Of a stretch of DNA of 64,000 nt, positions 29,807 to 39,969 are shown piece after piece (positions within the stretch are counted from its first letter, which is position 1; every line of letters begins with the position of its first letter). A model generated the notes under the pieces. It was given only the letters and a program-made list of their open reading frames with translations, made no database searches and was not told the origin of the DNA. The position numbers and the translations under genes are program-made. Source of the DNA: Janthinobacterium lividum (GTDB lineage: Bacteria; Pseudomonadota; Alphaproteobacteria; Acetobacterales; Acetobacteraceae); the NCBI GenBank assembly GCA_050954785.1, contig JBPBQO010000146.1, positions 7,226 to 71,225 of the forward strand, in the 5' to 3' direction.

Positions 29807-32005
29807 GTGAGCGACATGCTTGTGAACGAGGGCACCTTTTCGAGGGAACGTCCGGAAGCTGATGGCGTGCAGGCCGTTACGCGCGTCTTCCGTCTTTTAC
29901 GCAGGCACATAGTGCTTTTTTTATGTGTTTTTTGCGGTGTCGGACTTCTCGGCGCAGCGGTATTGGCACTTCTTACGCCTAGCTTCACTGCGATAACGAG
30001 CGTGGCGATAGCGGGGCGGGATGCAGATCCACTGGCTGCTTCTGGCCAGCAGACGACGGATCGGCTCGAAGACGACGTTCCTGCTACGGAAGCTGCGAAG
30101 CTGGAATCGCGTGATGTCGTCGGTGCCGTCGTACGGCAGTATCCGCAGCTTCTGTCGGAGCCGGAGCATGGCTTGCGTCCCGAGTTGTGCACGTTGGGAC
30201 TCACCATGGCTTGCCCGAAGCCAATTACGGTACCGGTGGATCCCGAAGAGCAATTTCAGCAGCAAGTCGACACGGCGCTGGCCAGGCTGGTGATATTGCC
30301 TCGTCCGCGTTCCCGCATAATTGACGTAAGTGCTACCGCTGGTACTGGCTACCAGGCTGCGACGCTTGCCAACGCGCTGGTGACGAACTACCAGCGACTT
30401 GCCCTTGCCCAGCAGACCACGGACATCGATCGTGTCGCCCATTGGCTTGACGCCAGGACAGATCAACTCCGTCAGCGTTGGCTGGATGCTTTGCATAAGG
30501 CCGATAATTTCAATGTCGTGCACAACCTCGATAATACGGGTGACGGTACGACCGCGAACCCGCTGATCAACAGCCAGATCTCGGAAATTTCGGCGGAACT
30601 TGGTCAGGCTCAAGCGCGTCTGGCCGGTGCCCTTGCCCGGTCTTCCGCTTTGCATGATGCGTCGGGACGTGGGGGCGGTCGCGCGGCGATAGCATTGGCG
30701 CAACAGCCTACGCTTGTCGCGGCTTCGAATGCGCTCATGCAATTACAGGCATCCCGTGCGCAGCAGGCGGCCCAGTTCGGCGCCAATTATCCCGGGATCA
30801 GGGCGCTGGATCGCCAGATCGCAAGTACTCAGACAGCCCTTCGCTCAGAGACCGGTGCCGCTCTTGCATCGATCCGCCAGGATAGTGTCTCCGCACAAGC
30901 CGAGGTCAGCCAACTTACCCAGAGGCTTAACTCCCTTCGTGCGCAGGCTGGTCAACAGAGCCCGCCGCAGGCCGAATATCGTAGCCTTGTCCAGGAATCT
31001 CAAAGTGCCCGGGACGTCTATCAGACCTTCCTGGAGCATTCGAAGGCTGTTGTGGATCGTGCGGCTCTGCTTCAGCCGCCGGTTGTTGTCGTATCGCATG
31101 CAGTTGCGTCGCGCACGCCTACCTTTCCCAATCACATGAAGCTCGGCATCGGGATCTTTATCGTTGCGTTGGCTATAGCGTCGGCTGCGGTTCTTGTTCG
31201 GAGCGGCTTTGCGACCGGCTTCGAGGATGCCGATTATCTGCGGGCCGCCGTGCAACTTCCACTGCTCGGAACGATACCGTTGATCACACGACGCCGTGAT
31301 CAGCAAATCGCACGATATGTGCTTGATGAACCGAGTTCACGCGTCAGCGATGCAGTCCATGAACTGGCCCTACAACTCTCTTTGCTTTCGTCTAAAACCG
31401 ATGCTCCGATGGCCGTCGTGATCACGTCTGCCACGCCGCAAGAGGGTAAGAGCACGCTTGCAATGTGGCTTGCACTGGTCGTGCGTCCAAATGGTCTTCG
31501 CGTATTGATCATCGACTCCGACCGCCGACGCATTGCTCCTGGGCTGCACAAGGTCCGGAATAACCATCCTGGATTTACCGACCTGATTGCCGGCACGGCC
31601 ACGCCGGAAGAGGCGATCCAGACCGATGCCGAGACTCGGATAGACTTCATCTCGCCCGGGACGACGACATCCTATTCTCGTGGAAGCGCGGGGATCACCC
31701 GCTTGCGGAAATTGATCGACACTCTGAAGCTTTCCTACGACATGATCATCATCGATAGCCCGCCGCTGCTTTCAAGCAGCGATGTCTTAGCTCTTGCCCG
31801 GGTTGCCGACCAGACCGTGTTCGTGTGCCGTTGGCAGCAAACGTCACGCCAGGCAGTCATGACGTCACTGGATCGTCTTCGCACATGTGGTGCACGGATC
31901 TCCGGTGTTGTCGTGTCGATGGTCAGCAAAGGATACGACGATAATGGATATGACGATTATAATCGACGTGAGCTGGCGCTGATCAAAAAGTTCTACGGTT
32001 CCTAG
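29807..32005 (+). CDS. Polysaccharide co-polymerase / BY-kinase (Wzc/GumC/ExoP-like)
   Basis: Two TMs, coiled periplasmic region, Walker A SATPQEGKST, IIDSD, IIIDSPP, C-terminal GYDDNGYDDY. Confidence 0.92.
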   Translation: MSDMLVNEGTFSRERPEADGVQAVTRVFRLLRRHIVLFLCVFCGVGLLGAAVLALLTPSFTAITSVAIAGRDADPLAASGQQTTDRLEDDVPATEAAKLESRDVVGAVVRQYPQLLSEPEHGLRPELCTLGLTMACPKPITVPVDPEEQFQQQVDTALARLVILPRPRSRIIDVSATAGTGYQAATLANALVTNYQRLALAQQTTDIDRVAHWLDARTDQLRQRWLDALHKADNFNVVHNLDNTGDGTTANPLINSQISEISAELGQAQARLAGALARSSALHDASGRGGGRAAIALAQQPTLVAASNALMQLQASRAQQAAQFGANYPGIRALDRQIASTQTALRSETGAALASIRQDSVSAQAEVSQLTQRLNSLRAQAGQQSPPQAEYRSLVQESQSARDVYQTFLEHSKAVVDRAALLQPPVVVVSHAVASRTPTFPNHMKLGIGIFIVALAIASAAVLVRSGFATGFEDADYLRAAVQLPLLGTIPLITRRRDQQIARYVLDEPSSRVSDAVHELALQLSLLSSKTDAPMAVVITSATPQEGKSTLAMWLALVVRPNGLRVLIIDSDRRRIAPGLHKVRNNHPGFTDLIAGTATPEEAIQTDAETRIDFISPGTTTSYSRGSAGITRLRKLIDTLKLSYDMIIIDSPPLLSSSDVLALARVADQTVFVCRWQQTSRQAVMTSLDRLRTCGARISGVVVSMVSKGYDDNGYDDYNRRELALIKKFYGS

Positions 32006-32014
32006 GAACGGTAG

Positions 32015-33166
32015 ATGAAAGTTGCGCATATCGTTCGCCAGTTCAGTCCTGCAATTGGCGGGCTGGAAGAGGCGGTGCACAGCATTGCTCGTTCACAGCG
32101 CGACCAGCTTGGGATTGATGCGCATATTATCACGTTGAACCGTATATTCGATAAGCCGGACTATTTGCCGGTCCATGACGTCGTGGACGGCATTCCCGTC
32201 TTGCGGTTGCCATGGACCGGTTCTACTCGGTATCCGCTGGCACCTTCTGTGCTTCGGCATGTCTATTCGTTCGATCTGCTTCACGTGCACGCTATCGACT
32301 TCTTCTTCGACTTCCTTGCTTTGTCACGGCCTCTTCACTGGCGTCCGATGGTTGCATCGACCCACGGTGGCTTCTTTCATAGCAAAGAGCTTGCAAAGCT
32401 TAAGCGTATCTGGTTTTCGACAGTAACGCGGGCGTCTACCTTAGCTTATCAGCGTATTATTGCTTGCAGCCATCACGATGCGGATCTGTTCAAACCAGTT
32501 GCGGGTGATCGGCTAACGACAATCGAAAACGGCATCAACCAATCCAAATTCTCTGGAGCATCTTCAGAGATCCCATGTCGAACGATTATCAGTTACGGAC
32601 GTTTTGCCAAGCATAAGCGACTTGACGCATTATTTCCCGTGCTGGCGCAGCTACATAAAAATGACTCTACATGGCGCCTGATCATTGCGGGATCCTACGG
32701 CGATCAAACAGAGAGCGAGTTGCGCAATTCGGCAATTGGGGCAGGTGTTGGAGATCTGGTGGAGTTCGTTATCGGTCCAACGGACGGAGAGCTAAAATCT
32801 CTTTTGGCGCGGTGCAGCTATTTCGCCAGCTTCTCGGCACATGAAGGGTTCGGCTTGGCCGCCGTAGAAGCCATGTCGGCCGGTCTGTTTCCACTTCTTA
32901 GCGGTATCGAGCCGTTTCGACGGCTGGTTTCGGCCGCCGGCGTCGGTCTTATCCTCGATCCGGATGACGTTACGCAAACCTCTTCCGCAATTGCATCGAG
33001 CGTTACGACCGATATGGAAATCTATACAAGGCGCCGGGCGCAGTGCATGCAGGCGGTCCGGCGCTATGACTGGAACGCCGTGGCGAGATTGTATACGGAT
33101 CTTTATCATGATGTCTTATCCAGTAAGCGCTCGACGCACGCCACAACAAGTCAGCCTCTTGGATGA
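32015..33166 (+). CDS. gumH: GT4 alpha-mannosyltransferase (GumH/AceC-like)
   Basis: MKV.HIVRQF.P.IGGLE, HVHAIDFFFD, STHGGFFH, IENG, HEGFGLAAVEAMSAG. Confidence 0.88.
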   Translation: MKVAHIVRQFSPAIGGLEEAVHSIARSQRDQLGIDAHIITLNRIFDKPDYLPVHDVVDGIPVLRLPWTGSTRYPLAPSVLRHVYSFDLLHVHAIDFFFDFLALSRPLHWRPMVASTHGGFFHSKELAKLKRIWFSTVTRASTLAYQRIIACSHHDADLFKPVAGDRLTTIENGINQSKFSGASSEIPCRTIISYGRFAKHKRLDALFPVLAQLHKNDSTWRLIIAGSYGDQTESELRNSAIGAGVGDLVEFVIGPTDGELKSLLARCSYFASFSAHEGFGLAAVEAMSAGLFPLLSGIEPFRRLVSAAGVGLILDPDDVTQTSSAIASSVTTDMEIYTRRRAQCMQAVRRYDWNAVARLYTDLYHDVLSSKRSTHATTSQPLG

Positions 33167-33273
33167 CCTATAGAAAATGTTCGACACACCCGGTTGCGAG
33201 TTCATATTCTAAGCGTTTCTGCCGGGAAGGTGGGAGCAGAGCTTTTACGTCTAGAACGCTTGTGCAGGTTTTG

Positions 33274-34617
33274 ATGAAACAATCGGTGGAAGCTCCACAG
33301 CGCCTCTTACTGTTCGTGGTCAGTTTTGCGGGCTTTGCCTCGTTGTTGCCGCAAGGTGCGATGGGACAACAGTTGGTTCAGCAGTATTTTCCATCAGATG
33401 TGCCGGGATATGCGCCGGACTTCAGTTCTTCGGTGGTCAATCGGCTGGTCACTCAGAATCAGTCTCAGGGAATAAATGTCGGCAGTTTCGTCGTGCGTCC
33501 CACTGCAACCCAGGCGTTCGGCTACAATAGCAGTACGCTCGGATTGCCCGGAACTGGAAGCTCCAGTGAGTCCACATCGGCAGGAATCGGTGTCAAATCG
33601 AACTGGGGTCGCGATAGTCTCGGCGCATCCGTCAGCGTAGCCGACCAGCGTTATCTCGATATCCCGATCGCGAGTTTCACCAACTGGAACGCCGCGATTG
33701 GGGGTGCTGTCGCGCTTGGCGACGACTCTCTCAGCCTAGCTTATTCTCATCTTGCGCTTCATCTTTCGGCAACCGACCTCGGCGTCTATGGGGTAACGAC
33801 ACCAGCACCTTACGACGTCAACGACGTCAGGCTGTCCTACAACAGCACGTTTGGCCGTTTCAGCGTTACGCCTTCCTTCGAGTTCGAAGACTTCTCTTTC
33901 GGAACAAGTAGCGGCCAGACGAACATCAACTATGCGTCACTCAGCCATCATCTAGAATCCGGTTCGTTGCAGACACGGTATCAATTGTCGACGGGCAATG
34001 CCGTCGTTGCAATTCTCCGTGGATCGACTGCTCAATTCTCCCGTCTTCCCGGAACCACTCCAAATAATTATGGTGACATCGAGGCATTCGTCGGCCTCGA
34101 TTTCCGTGGCGATAGTGTGGTTCAGTATAGGGTGCTGATTGGCGGCGAACATCGAAGCTTTTCATCCGCCGGTTTCGTTTCGGCCAGTACACCAACCGCT
34201 GAGGTCGACGCGGTATGGACGCCGACACGGTTGGACACCGTAACGGCAAGTCTGTTTCGTCGCCTCGATGATCCAGAGTCACCATTTGCACGCAACCAGA
34301 CAATTACGTTTGGCACACTACAATACGATCACGAGCTCAGGCAGAACCTTTATTTTCGTGTGATCGGTTCCCTCGGAGCAACCGACTCTCAATCGAATAG
34401 AGTTGGTCAAGAAAACAATAGCCAGACCCAGTATAAGACCGGCGTATCCGGAACCTGGTTGGTAAACCGTCATGTCAGCACGTCTTTAGGATATAGTTTT
34501 AATCACAGCCACAGTTCATCGAACGTGTCCGCGCTTGAAAACGTTACGGCCTTCGGCACGACCTTCAACAGTTTCACCAGTCATACGGTTTCGATCAGCG
34601 TCAGCTTCTTCGAATAG
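33274..34617 (+). CDS. Outer-membrane beta-barrel of EPS loci (BBP2/DUF2320-like; start uncertain)
   Basis: Signal peptide, alternating amphipathic strands, C-terminal aromatic end VSFFE; adjacent to OPX. Confidence 0.75.
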   Translation: MKQSVEAPQRLLLFVVSFAGFASLLPQGAMGQQLVQQYFPSDVPGYAPDFSSSVVNRLVTQNQSQGINVGSFVVRPTATQAFGYNSSTLGLPGTGSSSESTSAGIGVKSNWGRDSLGASVSVADQRYLDIPIASFTNWNAAIGGAVALGDDSLSLAYSHLALHLSATDLGVYGVTTPAPYDVNDVRLSYNSTFGRFSVTPSFEFEDFSFGTSSGQTNINYASLSHHLESGSLQTRYQLSTGNAVVAILRGSTAQFSRLPGTTPNNYGDIEAFVGLDFRGDSVVQYRVLIGGEHRSFSSAGFVSASTPTAEVDAVWTPTRLDTVTASLFRRLDDPESPFARNQTITFGTLQYDHELRQNLYFRVIGSLGATDSQSNRVGQENNSQTQYKTGVSGTWLVNRHVSTSLGYSFNHSHSSSNVSALENVTAFGTTFNSFTSHTVSISVSFFE

Positions 34618-34666
34618 ACCCGACAGCGCCTAGTCTTCAAAACTTAACTCATTCACCGAGAGCAAA

Positions 34667-35281
34667 ATGACCTTTGTAAAGCATCCATCGGGTCGGCGAT
34701 CTTTGCCAGCAAGACCGATTGTGTCAGTTGCGATCATGCTTTCTCTTGCCATAAGCATGGAAGGATGTGCACCGGGATCGAAACTGTCTCCGTTGCCGCC
34801 AGCCACGAGCGCAGGGTATGTCCTTGGCCCAAGTGACCAGATACGCGTCATCACTTATAATGAGCCACAACTTACAAACAGCTTCACGGTCGGCGACAAC
34901 GGGAGCATTGCCTTTCCGTTGATCGGCACTGTCCATGCTGCCGGAATGGCCGCTAATGACGTAGCCGCCACGATCTCGACCGCACTTGTAGAAAAAAAGC
35001 TCCTAAGCGAGCCCAGCGTGTCTGTTGAAATCACGCAATATCGGCCAATCTTCGTGTTGGGCGAGGTCAGTCATCCTGGACAATATCCGTACCAGCCGGG
35101 GATGACGATGTTGAGCGGTGTCGCCTTGGCGGGTGGCTTCACCTATCGCGCCATTACCGGCTATGGCGGTGCTGTCAGAAGCCAGGGTGAAGAGGCCGGG
35201 CATGCGATCGAAGGCAAGATCGGTAGAGCTACATACCTCCAGCCGGGTGACGTCATAACAATTTACGAGCGGTACTTCTAA
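34667..35281 (+). CDS. Short OPX polysaccharide export lipoprotein (GumB/Wza-like)
   Basis: Lipobox SMEGC, Y.LGPSD.I, G.IAFPLIG, VLGEVSHPGQY, ends PGDVITIYERYF with no C-terminal helix domain. Confidence 0.9.
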   Translation: MTFVKHPSGRRSLPARPIVSVAIMLSLAISMEGCAPGSKLSPLPPATSAGYVLGPSDQIRVITYNEPQLTNSFTVGDNGSIAFPLIGTVHAAGMAANDVAATISTALVEKKLLSEPSVSVEITQYRPIFVLGEVSHPGQYPYQPGMTMLSGVALAGGFTYRAITGYGGAVRSQGEEAGHAIEGKIGRATYLQPGDVITIYERYF

Positions 35282-35811
35282 GACAACCCTACGTAATCTC
35301 CGGACTGACATTAACAACAATACTTCGTGTCAGTCCGGTTTGCGGCTTGTGTTTCGTCTTGCGAACGGATGAATGCGTAAGCAGTAAGCTTTGAGAAATA
35401 TAACTTCTGCAGCGCTGTAATAATATTGCTGTGCGTCGGCTGCAGGATTGATTGGGCAGAGCGCTGAGGATTTCGCTGGAATTCTGACGACTTCCGAATG
35501 TTGCCCATGTCTCGCGGCAATGCGCTTTCGTCGACGCCACCAATCACGTCGATTTGACTGCACGAGTTTGACTGGGTTGAGCAGGTGTCGATGATGACTG
35601 CTGGATCAGACCAAATGTATTATGCATCGCTACTTTCTATTCGATTGCACAAAAACCGACTGCACACCTCATCCTGAAAGGCTAATCGCAAAATCAGTGT
35701 AATAACTGATAGAATCCCAGAAGTGATAATTCGCGAAAAACTTCGACAAAACCTTCTGCTTGTGCTTTTACTGATTATCAATAGTCGATAGCTCGTGGCA
35801 GGAAGCACTCA

Positions 35812-36774
35812 ATGGCGAGATCTGGCGTTACCACGGTCGACTTCAAATATGCCGATTCGCCCTTGCAGGTTCCCGGTTTTGCCGTAGGCGAAAAAGAGAA
35901 AACTGCATTTGGAAGCCGTGGGTTCGTTGAGCTTCGTCAAGTCAGTCCGCCCGATGATTTATTTGCCATACGGACGCGGATCTCGGGGCTTTTTGCCCGT
36001 CGTGCCGGTCATGAGGAAGGATTGTTCTTCGACTTTGCAGGAAGCGACGATCAGACGAACAAGATGCGGCTTCCGCAATTGCTCGATGTCAGAAACTTCG
36101 CGCCGGAACTGACCAGGACTGCATTCTTTCGCAACGCAAGCGACATTGCAAAATCGTTGCTCGGACCAGATGCGACGTTCAAGGCGGATCACGCGCTGAT
36201 GAAACCCTCCAGCGACGGAGCGGCAACACCCTGGCATCAGGACGATGCGTTTCGGAACCTGGACAGCGAATATAACGAAATCAGCATCTGGTTGGCTCTC
36301 CAGGATACAACTCGCGAAAACGGTTGTATGGGTTTCGTTCCTGTATCGAAGGGCGATGAAATCTTGCCTCACCGGTGGGTTGGCGGCGACCGCCGGATCC
36401 ATGCTCTCGAATGTTATGATGGATGGTCGGCGGAAGACGTCGTCTGGTGTCCTTTGTCGTCGGGAGACTGCACTGTCCATACGAACCGTGTTCTACACGG
36501 CGCCGGTCCCAACGTTTCCAAGCAACCCCGTATGGCGTACGTCCTTGTTTTCGGAACGCCGGTCAAGAAACCTGCGGTTCCGGTTCACCACGCCTGGCTG
36601 AAGAATAAAATCGAGCCGAGGGCCGAGCGCCGTCAGCAATGGCTCCGGCGTGGGGGTATTGCCATCCATGTCTGGCGCCGGTTCAAGCAGATTCCCGAAA
36701 TCGGTATTCTCGAGATGACAAACCGGGTCGTTCTGAAAGTCGGTAAAAGGCTTACCCATCGGAATGCCGGGTGA
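35812..36774 (+). CDS. PhyH-family Fe(II)/2-oxoglutarate dioxygenase
   Basis: TPWHQD (HxD), IWLALQDTT.ENGCM, distal LHGAGPN and R of QPRMAY. Confidence 0.88.
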   Translation: MARSGVTTVDFKYADSPLQVPGFAVGEKEKTAFGSRGFVELRQVSPPDDLFAIRTRISGLFARRAGHEEGLFFDFAGSDDQTNKMRLPQLLDVRNFAPELTRTAFFRNASDIAKSLLGPDATFKADHALMKPSSDGAATPWHQDDAFRNLDSEYNEISIWLALQDTTRENGCMGFVPVSKGDEILPHRWVGGDRRIHALECYDGWSAEDVVWCPLSSGDCTVHTNRVLHGAGPNVSKQPRMAYVLVFGTPVKKPAVPVHHAWLKNKIEPRAERRQQWLRRGGIAIHVWRRFKQIPEIGILEMTNRVVLKVGKRLTHRNAG

Positions 36775-36810
36775 TCCCGGCTTTGTCCAGCAGCAAGCCA
36801 GGCGGAACCG

Positions 36811-39156
36811 CTATAGCGGTGCTGTTCGCAGGCGCAGAGCGTTGGCGATGACCGAGACCGAGCTGAGCGACATCGCCAATGCCGCGATCGTCGGGCTCAG
36901 CAGAATACCGAAGATCGGGTAGAGGACACCAGCAGCAACCGGGATGCCTATGACGTTATAGGCGAATGCGAACACCAGGTTCTGGCGAATGTTGCGCATC
37001 GTCAGGCGGCTGAGCGAGCGCGCCCGCACGAGCGCCGACAAGTCGCCGTTCACCAGGGTGATGCCGGCACTCTGGATCGCCACTTCCGTGCCGGTGCCCA
37101 TCGCGATGCCGACATCCGCTTCCGCTAGTGCCGGCGCGTCGTTGACGCCGTCTCCGGCCATGGCGACGACATGACCCTTTGCTTTCATCTCGCGAACGAT
37201 CCGATGCTTGTCCTCGGGCAGCGTGTCGCCGTGTACGTCGGTGATACCCAGCGTCTTGCCGACGGCCCGGGCCGTCGTCGCATTGTCGCCGGTCAGCATC
37301 ACGATGTTGATACCGTCCGCGCGTAATGCCTTCAGGGCGGCGTCGGTGGTAGCCTTGATCGGATCTTCTATGCCGACGATCGCCCCGGGTTTCCCGTCCA
37401 CCGCCAGGAACAGTGCGGTGGTGCCGTCGTGACGAAGCCGATCCGCCTGCTCGTTCATGCTCGAGAAATCGATCTGCAACTCGCCCATCCAGGCAGCATT
37501 GCCGAGTGCGACTGATCGTCCGCCGAGCGTCGCGGATACGCCTTTTCCGGTGCTGGAGAGGAACTCCGCCGTATCCTGCATGACCAGCCCACGTCGCTTC
37601 GCCTCCGCGACGATCGCCGCCGCCAGCGGATGCTCGCTGGATCGCTCCACACCGGCGGCAAGCGCCAGCAGATCGTCTTCCGGCAGGCTGTCGGCAGCAG
37701 CGAGTACCGCGACCACGCGGGGCTTGCCCTCGGTCACGGTTCCGGTTTTGTCGATCACCAGCACATCGACCTTCTCCAGCCGTTCGAGCGCCTCCGCGGA
37801 CTTGATCAGCACTCCGGCGCCGGCACCCTTGCCGACACCGACCCCGATGCTCATCGGCGTCGCCAGTCCGAGCGCGCAGGGACAGGCGATGATGACGACC
37901 GATACTGCGGCGACCAATCCGTACGCGAGTGCCGGCGACGGTCCCCAAATTGCCCAGGCGATGAACGCGAGTGCGGCCACCGCAAGCACGATGGGCACGA
38001 AATAGCCGGCGACATGATCGGCCACGCGCTGGATCGGCGCGCGGCTTCGTTGCGCGTCGGCGACCATGGCGACGATCCGCGCCAGCATGGTGTCGGCACC
38101 CACCTTGTCCGCCCGCATGACCAGCGAGCCGGTACCGTTGATGGTGCCGCCGATCAGCCTGTCGCCGGCCTGCTTGAACACCGGCATCGGCTCGCCGGTG
38201 ATCATCGCCTCGTCGACGGCGCTGCTGCCGTCCAGCACCGCGCCATCAACCGGAATGCCGTCGCCAGGACGCACCCGGAGTCGGTCGCCGGATTCCACCT
38301 GATCGAGCGGGATCTCGTTGTCATGACCATCCGTGCCGAGACGCCACGCAGTTTTCGGCGTGAGATTGAGCAGTGCCCGGATTGCTCCGCCGGTGCGGTC
38401 GCGGGCCCGCAATTCGAGAACCTGGCCGAGCAGGACGAGTACGGTAATGACCGCGGCCGCTTCGAAATAGACCGCGACCGTACCGCCCATGCCGCGGAAC
38501 CCGAGCGGGAAGATGCCGGGCAGGAACGTTGCGAACAGGCTGTACAAATAGGCGGTCCCGGTCCCGAGCGCGATCAGGCTGAACATGTTCAGGCTCCGGT
38601 GCATGACCGATGCCCAGCCGCGCTGGAAGAACGGCCATCCGGCCCAGAGCACCACCGGCGTCGACAGGGCAAGCTGGATCCAAGCCGATATTCGTGGCGG
38701 CACCAGTGCATCGAGCCCGAGTGCCGGGATGTGGCCGCTCATCTCCAGCACGAACACCGGCAGCGTCAGCACAAGCGCGATCCAGAACCGGCGCGTCATG
38801 TCGATAAGCTCGTGGTTGATCGGAGCCTCGGCGGTCATCGCCATCGGCTCGAGCGCCATGCCGCAGAACGGGCAACTGCCGGGACCTTCGTTACGCACGT
38901 CCGGATGCATCGGGCAGGTGTAGAGCGCGCCGGGCAGGGCAGGCGGAACCGCACCCGCCGGCGCCGGGTGCAGATATTTTTCGGGGTCGGCGATGAACTT
39001 CGTGCGGCAGCCCGCGGAGCAGAAGTGGAACGACGCGCCCGCATGGTCGTGCCGGTGCTTCGACGTTTCCGGATCGACCGTCATGCCGCAAACCGGATCG
39101 ACGACCCGGTTGGACGCTGCATGATCGTGGAGGTGGTCGCAATGATGGTCGGTCAC
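36811..39156 (-). CDS. copA: Cu(I)/Ag(I) P1B-type ATPase with N-terminal YHS and heavy-metal-binding domains
   Basis: DPVCGM, FCS..C, YTCPMHP..CP.CGM, TGE, ACPCALG, DKTGT, GDGVND, YN, MSLSS; GTG start with GAGGA SD. Confidence 0.93.
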   Translation of the reverse strand: MTDHHCDHLHDHAASNRVVDPVCGMTVDPETSKHRHDHAGASFHFCSAGCRTKFIADPEKYLHPAPAGAVPPALPGALYTCPMHPDVRNEGPGSCPFCGMALEPMAMTAEAPINHELIDMTRRFWIALVLTLPVFVLEMSGHIPALGLDALVPPRISAWIQLALSTPVVLWAGWPFFQRGWASVMHRSLNMFSLIALGTGTAYLYSLFATFLPGIFPLGFRGMGGTVAVYFEAAAVITVLVLLGQVLELRARDRTGGAIRALLNLTPKTAWRLGTDGHDNEIPLDQVESGDRLRVRPGDGIPVDGAVLDGSSAVDEAMITGEPMPVFKQAGDRLIGGTINGTGSLVMRADKVGADTMLARIVAMVADAQRSRAPIQRVADHVAGYFVPIVLAVAALAFIAWAIWGPSPALAYGLVAAVSVVIIACPCALGLATPMSIGVGVGKGAGAGVLIKSAEALERLEKVDVLVIDKTGTVTEGKPRVVAVLAAADSLPEDDLLALAAGVERSSEHPLAAAIVAEAKRRGLVMQDTAEFLSSTGKGVSATLGGRSVALGNAAWMGELQIDFSSMNEQADRLRHDGTTALFLAVDGKPGAIVGIEDPIKATTDAALKALRADGINIVMLTGDNATTARAVGKTLGITDVHGDTLPEDKHRIVREMKAKGHVVAMAGDGVNDAPALAEADVGIAMGTGTEVAIQSAGITLVNGDLSALVRARSLSRLTMRNIRQNLVFAFAYNVIGIPVAAGVLYPIFGILLSPTIAALAMSLSSVSVIANALRLRTAPL

Positions 39157-39213
39157 GGGAAGTCCTCGAAGGGTTCGGGTCATCGGACGGCGTCGATTGC
39201 TGCTTGTCGCATA

Positions 39214-39228
39214 TACCCCATGGGGGTA
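39214..39228. promoter_or_regulatory. CsoR-type operator
   Basis: TACCCC-ATG-GGGGTA palindrome with C/G tracts between divergent copA and csoR. Confidence 0.8.
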
Positions 39229-39239
39229 GGGTAACAAGT

Positions 39240-39515
39240 ATGCACGATGTCACGAAGAAGCAGGTCTCCATCCGGCTCAGGAAGGTCCAGGGCCAGATCG
39301 GCGGTCTGCTGCGCATGGTCGAGGAGGATCGCTACTGCGTGGACGTGCTGACGCTGATCAGCGCCACCCGGGCGGCGCTGCACACCATCGAGAGCCGGAT
39401 CCTCGAGGACCACGTGTCGCATTGCGTCGCCGACGCCTTTTCGTCCGGCGACCGGGTCGACCAGCAGCATAAGATAACCGAGCTCGTCGCCACGATCGGA
39501 CGAATGACGAAGTAG
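39240..39515 (+). CDS. csoR: CsoR/RcnR-family metal-sensing repressor
   Basis: [18 protein letters not shown]...H...C (Cys-His-Cys Cu site). Confidence 0.9.
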   Translation: MHDVTKKQVSIRLRKVQGQIGGLLRMVEEDRYCVDVLTLISATRAALHTIESRILEDHVSHCVADAFSSGDRVDQQHKITELVATIGRMTK

Positions 39516-39538
39516 CCGTGTTTCTTGGTCCCGGGCCG

Positions 39539-39871
39539 CTATCCGCCCGAACCGGATCGGGAGAACAGGTTCACCACCAGCACGCCGCACAGGATGAGCG
39601 CCATGCCGATGATCGCGGCGAGGTCCGGGGCCTGATCGAACAGGATCCATGCGAGCAGGGAGATCAGCACGATGCCGATGCCCGACCAGATCGCATAGGC
39701 GATGCCGACCGGCATGGTGCGCAGCGTCAGCGAAAGACAGTAGAAGGAAATCCCGTAACCGATCACCACGATGACCGACGGCCAGAGCCGGGTGAAGCCG
39801 GCCGATGCCTTGAGTGCCGACGTGGCCGCGGTCTCGGCAAGGATGGCGATCAACAGGGTAAGATAAGGCAT
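39539..39871 (-). CDS. SMR multidrug efflux protein (EmrE/QacE-like)
   Basis: 110 aa, 4 TM, conserved Glu (AE), AYAIWSGIG. Confidence 0.92.
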   Translation of the reverse strand: MPYLTLLIAILAETAATSALKASAGFTRLWPSVIVVIGYGISFYCLSLTLRTMPVGIAYAIWSGIGIVLISLLAWILFDQAPDLAAIIGMALILCGVLVVNLFSRSGSGG

Positions 39872-39969
39872 GGACGCCGTTCTGCTCCCGGATGTGGCGC
39901 GGTTCTACTGTCGGCGACGTTCATTGTGGCTGGCCCGACAGGCGCGAACGATAGCGTGCGGATGGAACG

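Noticed and set aside
12099-35325. 10-bp repeat AACAATACTT at 12099 and 35316 near the EPS locus ends
   Set aside because: Too short to call an att site or target duplication, and it excludes the low-GC phyH gene
39872-39969. LexA/Ada box before alkB
   Set aside because: GTTC and GAAC pairs are spaced 13 and 15 rather than 7; only a 7-bp inverted repeat CTGTCGG/CCGACAG of unknown meaning
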